A stretch of DNA of 64,000 nucleotides from an uncultured delta proteobacterium. Its GTDB lineage: Bacteria > Desulfobacterota > Desulfuromonadia > Geobacterales > DSM-12255. Made by a program: the position numbers and the translations under genes. Below, one piece after another: positions 57,438 through 64,000 of the stretch. The stretch spans positions 86,390 to 150,389 of the forward strand of contig CAWBBV010000002.1 of assembly GCA_963787125.1 (NCBI GenBank), written 5' to 3'. The notes below the pieces were generated by a model. The model did no database searches, had not been told where the DNA came from, and saw nothing but the letters and a program-made list of their open reading frames with translations. Every line of letters starts with the position of its first letter. Position 1 is the first letter of the stretch.

Positions 57438-58152
57438 GAGTAAGCAGATCGAAGTCAGCGGCATCACGGTCGAGGTAGTGCGCAAGGCAATCAAGAACCT
57501 TCATATTGGCGTTTACCCGCCTGACGGCAGGGTGAGGGTAGCAGCTCCGGCCAGAATGAGCATGGAGGCCATCGGGTTGGCGGTGATCGGCAAGCTGAGC
57601 TGGATCAGGAAGCATCAGGAGAAGTTTGCCAAGCAGGCACGCCAATCCCCCCGCGAATATGTCACTGGTGAAACGCACTACTACCAGGGAAAACGCTACC
57701 GACTGCATATCCAGCCCCACGCAGGCCGCCCGAAAGTAGTGCGCCATCACGGTACCCTTGAAATGCATGTTGCCCCGGAGAGCAGTGTCGCACAGCGGGA
57801 GGCGTTGCTCTACAGCTGGTACCGCAAGCAGATGAAGGAGCGGCTGCCGGATCTGCTGGAGAAGTGGGAGCAGGTCATCGGCGTGCAAGTGTCCGGCTGG
57901 GGCGTGAAGCGGATGAAGACCAAGTGGGGCACTTGCAATATCACGGCTCGCCGCATCTGGCTGAATCTGGAGCTGATCAAGAAGCCGGTTCACTCTCAGG
58001 AATACATCATTGTTCATGAGCTGGTGCATCTGCTGGAGCGGTTGCACAACGACCGCTTCACGGCGTTTATGGATCAATATATGCCTTTATGGCGGCAGTA
58101 TCGGCATGAGCTGAATCGTGCTCCGCTGGGGCATGATGAGTGGGCGGAGTAG
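57427..58152 (+). CDS. M48/YgjP (DUF45) metallopeptidase-like protein
   Basis: KTKWGTC, HELVH; typical hsdR neighbour. Confidence 0.9.
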   Translation: MTTKSKQIEVSGITVEVVRKAIKNLHIGVYPPDGRVRVAAPARMSMEAIGLAVIGKLSWIRKHQEKFAKQARQSPREYVTGETHYYQGKRYRLHIQPHAGRPKVVRHHGTLEMHVAPESSVAQREALLYSWYRKQMKERLPDLLEKWEQVIGVQVSGWGVKRMKTKWGTCNITARRIWLNLELIKKPVHSQEYIIVHELVHLLERLHNDRFTAFMDQYMPLWRQYRHELNRAPLGHDEWAE

Positions 58153-58161
58153 AAATGGATA

Positions 58162-59978
58162 GTGTCAAAAGTTTCATGAAAAGCCGGGATATTGAAATGG
58201 AAAGTACTCGAAAGTAAACGATGCCCTTCATCTGCATCTTTTCCGAGTCTGTCCAGACTGTGACTTCACTACTTTGTGGTTACTGGCTTGAATTTTGGGC
58301 AAGCCACTCTGTGACCAGGCACGTGAGATAGTTGGTCAGATTAAAACAACAATCAGTAAATTGATCTTTGAAGACGGGAAGTCAGGCAGCTAGCGAGAGG
58401 ATCTTGGTCCATCTAGCCTGAATGGTCGGCAGTGCCTTCAACTCCTGCAAAGGCACCGGTGGTAGATATTTTAGCGACATGTGAGGCCTGAGGAAGTTGT
58501 AGTGGGTCACAAACAGCGTAGTTAAAGATACCGCACCGTTTGTGCTGTTGAATCCTGCTGCTGGCCTTACATGATACTTGAAGGTTCTGTTGAGCCGCTC
58601 AACGAGCTGCTTGAAGGATCTGTACTCTTCGGACTCGGCATCAAGGTTTTGGAGGCCAATAACCTTTTTGTGCTGAATCGTCTGGGAATCATCAGTCTGG
58701 GCATTGATGAAATGAATGCCAGCTGGATAAGAAGGGTTTCCGTCGCTGACAAGGGTTATTTGCTGATCGGCAGAAGCAGTCCTGATGGCTTCATTCATAG
58801 CGATAATGGCAGGCTGAGTGCCCCTGTTATCGGCCACGTGATAGGCGGAGATTTTCAGGTTCTTTGCCGAGATAAAAAAGAAGACATAATGGTGCTTGCC
58901 CAGGATCTTGATGTAGGTCTCATCACCTGCAGAGATATTATCGATATGGCCTTTATGCTTGAGATTGAATCGGTGGCAGTGCCAGGCGGCGCCAGCGGCA
59001 TAATTGAGAACTGTCTGATGAGAAACCTTGATACAGAAGACTTCGCGCAGGATTTGAGCAGTTTTTCTGGCCGGAACGGCGAATGAAACATAGAAAGTCA
59101 GAATCAGGCCAAGCACGTTTTCGCTGTTATGGATTCTCGCCAGTTCGACCGGCGGTTTGTCCGGAGAAGAGAGTTCCAACTCTTCCGGTTTGTAGTGATA
59201 TTCGCGGTACTGGTAGTTGATTTTGAACTGAGAACTTTTCTTTTTCATCAGCTCTTTCTCGGCTTTATTGAGCTTGGCAAGCGCCTGGATACGGTGAGGA
59301 CAGTTATCATTTGGGCACTTGTGGATGGTCACTTCCTTTTGCGACTTCCACCTGAAGAGAGCCAGCCCGCAATGGGGACAGAAGAGCTTTGACTTTCTGT
59401 TGGTTCTGAAGCGCTGTTGGAGTTGGAAGAGTTGAGAGCAAACCTTGCAGAGAACTTGAGAGCGCTTCTTTCCGTCGTTGAAGTAGAGATAAGTATTTGG
59501 CGCTCCGCAGCAGGGACAGGTGACATGCACTGGAACCGGTGATGAACCCGCCCGGAGCTTGACCGGAGCAAGAGACTTTCCGTGAAGTGTTTCGTACTCA
59601 ATCAGGAGTTGCCGGTAGTCTTTTTGATCGAGGTCTTTTTTTTAAACTTTGGGGGCTCAGTCAGTGGCGGCTTGGGATCGACAATAAAGTTTCTGTAGTT
59701 CGGATGTTTCTCTTTGAAATCGTCCTTTGGCTTAACTTCAGGATTACGATTTTCGAGGACATCTGACAACCCGACGACGATCTGTTCAATCTCGGTCTTT
59801 GTAAACTTGGAGCAAATCCAGACAACAAACCGGGCAGTTTTGGATAGGTACGACATGAGCTAGCCCTCCATAACTGGCATTCTTAACCAGAATCACGGGG
59901 GGAGGCAAGACTTTGATTGGTAATGCATTGAAATTAGAACTGAAAAGCAAAAAGACATGTCAAGAAGTTTGACACAAC
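58162..59978 (-). mobile_element. Insertion sequence with IS6-like DDE transposase
   Basis: GTGTCAAA/TTTGACAC ends; direct repeat GTAGAAATGGATA at 58149-58161 and 59979-59991. Confidence 0.85.
58382..59856 (-). CDS. Transposase, probably expressed by -1 frameshift at A8G (59643-59635)
   Basis: Zn-finger CxxC motifs, GDETYIK, SDG, ERLNRTFK; the 84-aa upstream ORF joins in the -1 frame. Confidence 0.8.
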
Positions 59979-60004
59979 GTAGAAATGGATAAGGAGATTG
60001 AATT

Positions 60005-60313
60005 ATGAAGGTAATGATTGATCTGTGCATAGTGCCAATCGGTGTCGGGGTCTCCCTGTCGCCTTACATTGCCGCCTGTGAGAATGTGCTTACTGAGGCT
60101 GGCCTGAAAACCGCCCTCCATTCCTACGGCACAAACGTCGAAGGTGACTGGGATGAGGTCTTTGCTGCAGTTAAACGCTGCCATGAGGTAGTTCATGAGA
60201 TGGGCGCACCACGTATCACAACGACCATCAAAGTAGGCACCAGAACGGATCGAGCCCAAACCATGGAAGATAAGATAAACAGTGTGAAAGCAAAGCTACA
60301 GGGGACGATATGA
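60005..60313 (+). CDS. MTH1187/thiamine-binding family protein
   Basis: IVPIGVGVSLSPYIA...YGTNVEG. Confidence 0.88.
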   Translation: MKVMIDLCIVPIGVGVSLSPYIAACENVLTEAGLKTALHSYGTNVEGDWDEVFAAVKRCHEVVHEMGAPRITTTIKVGTRTDRAQTMEDKINSVKAKLQGTI

Positions 60314-60747
60314 GCAACATGCTTCTTGTGCTGTTGATGGCCTGTGGAGGGTTGGCTGTAGCCATACAGCCGTCAATCAATGCCCGGCTTGCACAGAAAG
60401 TGGGGGGCTATGAAAGTTCGCTGATTTCCTTTGCCGTTGGTACGTTGGCAATGTTTGTCATGGTAATGATAGCTGGCCGTAGCAACCTGCGCAATGTTGC
60501 AGATGCGTCGTGGTGGGAGCTGACTGGCGGATTACTGGGCGCATATTTTGTGACTATGACCATCATCGCAGTACCAAGACTGGGAACCTTGGCTGTCATG
60601 GCCATTATTATCGCCGGACAGTTGACAACCGCTGCGCTGCTGGATCAGTACGGTGCTTTCGGCCTGCGCCAAATCTCTTTAACGCCTGGGCGTGGAATCG
60701 GTATCCTGCTGCTCTGCATCGGCGCCAACCTGGTCATACGCAAGTAG
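60310..60747 (+). CDS. YdcZ-type DMT membrane protein
   Basis: Q..INARL, WW...GGLLGA, IIAGQ...D..G.FG. Confidence 0.88.
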   Translation: MSNMLLVLLMACGGLAVAIQPSINARLAQKVGGYESSLISFAVGTLAMFVMVMIAGRSNLRNVADASWWELTGGLLGAYFVTMTIIAVPRLGTLAVMAIIIAGQLTTAALLDQYGAFGLRQISLTPGRGIGILLLCIGANLVIRK

Positions 60748-60916
60748 TTTTTTAACTATAAAGAACCCGCCCATCCCTTTCGTTGCAGAGTCTCAATCAA
60801 GGTAGATCGCTTCACTTCAAAGTTCCGGCAGGCGGCAGCCTTCTACATCCCACCACCCAGCGGCTCCATAATCCACCCCGACAGCGCGCAGGGCATCCTG
60901 CTGTAGTTATGTCTCT

Positions 60917-60940
60917 AGTTCGATGGTCTCTCTCGCCATT
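60917..60940 (+). repeat. Second att-like tRNA-Ser 3' copy
   Basis: AGTTCGATGGTCTCTCTCGCCATT; followed by hairpin ATAAACCCGC/GCGGGTTTAT. Confidence 0.7.
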
Positions 60941-61028
60941 CAAAATTCTATCGCAATACAATAAACCCGCCATCAACAGCGGGTTTATTTAATTTCTCTT
61001 TATTGCCTTGTAAACTGCCCTCACAAAG

Positions 61029-61616
61029 CTATAACCCTTTAAGTTTCCAGAGACCCAAAGCACCAAACACCAGAAACATGAACCCGGCAGTCCGGTGGAT
61101 CCAGCGGAGCGGAATAAAGCGGACGAGTTGCTTGCCGGCAAATATCCCGATCAGCGACACCGTCCACAACGCCAGAGTGGATGCTGCAAAGACGACGCTC
61201 ATGCCCATGAGGCTGTCCGAGTGCTGCGCCGCCTGACTGGCAGTCACCAGCTGAGTCTTGTCTCCCAACTCTGCCATAAAAATCATGATAAACGCCGTGC
61301 GAAAAGCAGTGGCGGCGGTATGAGGCGGCGCGTCGTCATCATCCTGGGCAGATGCATGCCGCAAAGTGCTGTAGCCGAAGTAGAGAAAAAGCAGTGCTGA
61401 TACCAGTGTCACCCAAAAGATCGGCAACAGCAGAAACAGCAGCTTGCCGACGACAACCGCAACCAGGTTAAGCACCGCAAAGGCAGCTGCAATCCCCACA
61501 AAAATCCTCCGCCAGGGGTAGCGCAGCGCCAGGGCCATGGCAGTCAGCTGGGTTTTATCCCCCAGCTCCGCCAGAAATATCAAACCGAAAGTGCTTAAGA
61601 ATATGGTTTTTTCCAT
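61029..61616 (-). CDS. UPF0016/GDT1 Mn/Ca transporter
   Basis: Two ELGDKTQ motifs. Confidence 0.93.
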   Translation of the reverse strand: MEKTIFLSTFGLIFLAELGDKTQLTAMALALRYPWRRIFVGIAAAFAVLNLVAVVVGKLLFLLLPIFWVTLVSALLFLYFGYSTLRHASAQDDDDAPPHTAATAFRTAFIMIFMAELGDKTQLVTASQAAQHSDSLMGMSVVFAASTLALWTVSLIGIFAGKQLVRFIPLRWIHRTAGFMFLVFGALGLWKLKGL

Positions 61617-61640
61617 GCCTGCTCCGCTTTTATAGTATTG

Positions 61641-64000
61641 CTACTTTGCCATCTGCTTCAGAACCTGCTCCAGCTTGCGCAGTTCATCGCCGTAACCGGC
61701 CCAGTTCCCCTGTTTCTGCTGACTCATTGCCCGTTCATAGATACTCATCGCCTCCTTGGCAAGTGAGCCTGCCGAGGCTTTCACCGCCGGGGCAGCATCC
61801 TTTACGGCAGTGGCAACCGTTTTTCTGCCGTCAAAGAGCCGCTGCAGCGCCAGTTCGAGATTGTCCTCCATGACGACTTCATCACCGAACGCGACAATCA
61901 CCCGCTTCAGCTCCGGCAACCCGGCCTTGTCAGCCGCCAGGAAGAGCGGCTGCACATAGAGGAGCGACTTTTCTATGGGTATGACCAGCAGACTGCCGCG
62001 GATGACTTCCGAGCCGCGTTGATTCCAGAGGGTCAGCTGCTGGGAGATGAAGGAGTCCTGATTGATCCGGGCGTCGATCTGTTTAGGCCCATAAATCAGG
62101 CGATCACGGGGGAAGGTGTAGGCGCGGATCTTGCCGTAATTGGCCCCATCACAACGGGCTGTCAGCCAGGCCGAGAGGTTGTCCCTGTTGGAAGGGGTAA
62201 ACGGCAGGAGCAGGATATACTCTTCCAGCTTTTCACCCGGCAGCTTCATGATGGTGTAGCAAGGCTCCATCGGCTTTTCACCAAGTACCGGAATCTGCCA
62301 GAGATTCTCCTTGTTGTAAAAAACCTTCGGATCGGTCATGTGATAGGCGGAGAACATCGATGCCTGCAGCTGCAGAAACTGATGAGGATAGCGGATATGC
62401 TTGCGCAGGTCGCTCGGACATGGCGATCATCGGTTTGAACAGATCCGGGAATATTCGGCATAGACCTTTGCCAGCACATCGTTCGGATCGCTTATGTAAA
62501 AGCTTACTGTGCCGTCATAGGCGTCGATAACCGCCTTGACCGAGTTGCGCATGTAATTGATGCCACCCTTGATCGGCTTTGAATAGGGAAGCCGGTCCGA
62601 ATAGGTATAGGCATCGATGATCCATTTAAGCCCCCCCCTTTCATCAACCACCATATAGGGGTCGCCATCGAAACGGAGGAAAGGGGCTATGGTTTTAACC
62701 CGTTGGTTGATATTGCGATTAAAGAGAATCCGGCTTTCAGCCGTTATGTCTGAGGAAAGGAGAATCTTTTCTGTTTTGAATCTGGCGGCAAAAAGGGCTT
62801 TTCTCAGCATGGAATCGATTGTTGCCCCTCCTTTACCGCTGTAAGTCGTATTGATATTACCGGTCTCGGTGGGGTAGCTGAACTCAGGCACTTTCGTCTT
62901 GACTATTACGTAGTCATTGGAGAGCTCGCCGTAGTAGATTTCGGGTCTGGTGACCTTGATATCGACCACACTGACCGGTGGAATATCCTTGACGAAAAAT
63001 TCCGGCAGCCCCTCCTTGCTGATTTTGCTGACAGGGCCGAAGGTGATGCCGTTGCCATGGGTGAAGATAAGGCGCTCGTTAATCCAGTTTTTGCTGGGGA
63101 GATCGGCGTAGGAGAGCTCACGGGGCGAGAGCATGACCTGGGTGTACTTGCCGTTCACCAGATAGCGGTCATTATCCACATCGAAAAATTTGTAGTAGGT
63201 TCTGATCTGCTGCAGCTGGCTGTAGGTCTTGAGCAGCGGCGCATGATCCCAGAGTCGGATGTTTTTGATAGTGGCGTCATTGTTGGCGATATCGACAGCG
63301 GAAAGTTTTGTGTCAACATCGAAGGGGATGGTTTCAATCTTTTCAAGATCATAACCGAAACGGGTAAACTTGATGTTGCTCTCTATGTAAGGGGTCTCAA
63401 GCGCCAGCTCATTGGGAGCAACCTTGAACTTCTGCAGCAGGCCCGGATAGATTCTGATACCGATGAAATATATTGCGGCAAGCAGCACCGGCGGCAGGAG
63501 CGCACTCCGCCAGGCACCTTTCCATATACCTGTTGCCAGGATGATTCCGGCAACAGGGGTCAGAAAAGTCAGGGTTCTATAGGTCAGCAGGCGGGAGTTT
63601 ACATCCACGTAACCGGCACCGGTGAAGATCCCGTTATTGGCAAACATCAATCTGAAGCTGTCCAGATAAAAACCAACAGCCACTACACCGCCAAAAAGCA
63701 GCACCATCACTGCCAGGTGCTGGCGAACTTTGTCAGCTATCGACACCCCCCGATCATTGAGATTAATCCCCCCCTTGACAAAATAGATGGCTGCAGTCAG
63801 TAAGGCGCTTGCGATCAGGCTGAAACCGGCAAAACCTCTCAGCATATCCCAGAACGGCAGACTGAAGAGATAAAAGCCGACATCCTTGCCAATGACCGGA
63901 TCGACCATGCCGACATTCACCCCGTTGGTAAAAAGCAGCACCTCTTCCCAGCGGGCAGCCCCCCAGTTACCGGCAAAAAATGCCAATACCAGAGTGACGA
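61641..64000 (-). pseudogene. UPF0182 membrane protein interrupted near 62410-62460 (5' end outside window)
   Basis: NIRLWD, FTHGNG, NYMRNSVK; two same-frame ORFs split by a stop inside a short compensated frameshift. Confidence 0.8.

Larger units (their letters stand above)
54764..60940. mobile_element. Decayed tandem genomic island 2
   Basis: Integrase N-terminal remnant, GGGGGTAACT repeats (54866-54922), second att copy at 60917-60940. Confidence 0.7.

Noticed and set aside
62427..62429. In-frame TGA in UPF0182 as a second selenocysteine
   Set aside because: It lies inside a locally frameshifted segment; the family-like residues are in another frame

Overview
64 kb from a Geobacteraceae-like deltaproteobacterium (host inferred from gene content: hgcAB, mglBA, pyruvate:ferredoxin oxidoreductase, ubiD/ubiA/ubiX-type cluster). 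About 1-32.5 kb is mostly core genome: crcB, a marR-hgcA-hgcB mercury-methylation operon, GGDEF, LysE, HU, PBP1A, ubiD-ubiA...ubiX (split by a ~4.2 kb block of toxin-antitoxin pairs and defence-gene remnants), radical SAM, rhodanese, ffs-dnaX-ybaB-recR, por/nifJ, mglBA, rpe, rsmB, a degenerate DAC-like protein, PilZ and an MFS transporter. tRNA-Ser(GGA) at 32541-32631 carries two tandem integrated elements (~32.6-54.8 kb and ~54.8-60.9 kb). They contain a P4-type integrase, AlpA, Rep, type IV TA-like genes, a damaged type I RM system, a FokI-like nuclease, two IS elements and many internally deleted defence genes. Two signals are missed by the ORF track. (1) hgcA extends through an in-frame UGA in a Cys-Sec (PPCUGPP) motif followed by a SECIS-like hairpin. 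(2) A ~470-530 nt non-coding stretch between the integrase and alpA has its own promoter, nested long-range stems, about 10 hairpins and complementary loops, and looks like a large structured RNA that I cannot assign to a known class. All family calls come from motif recognition by eye; no database searches were run.
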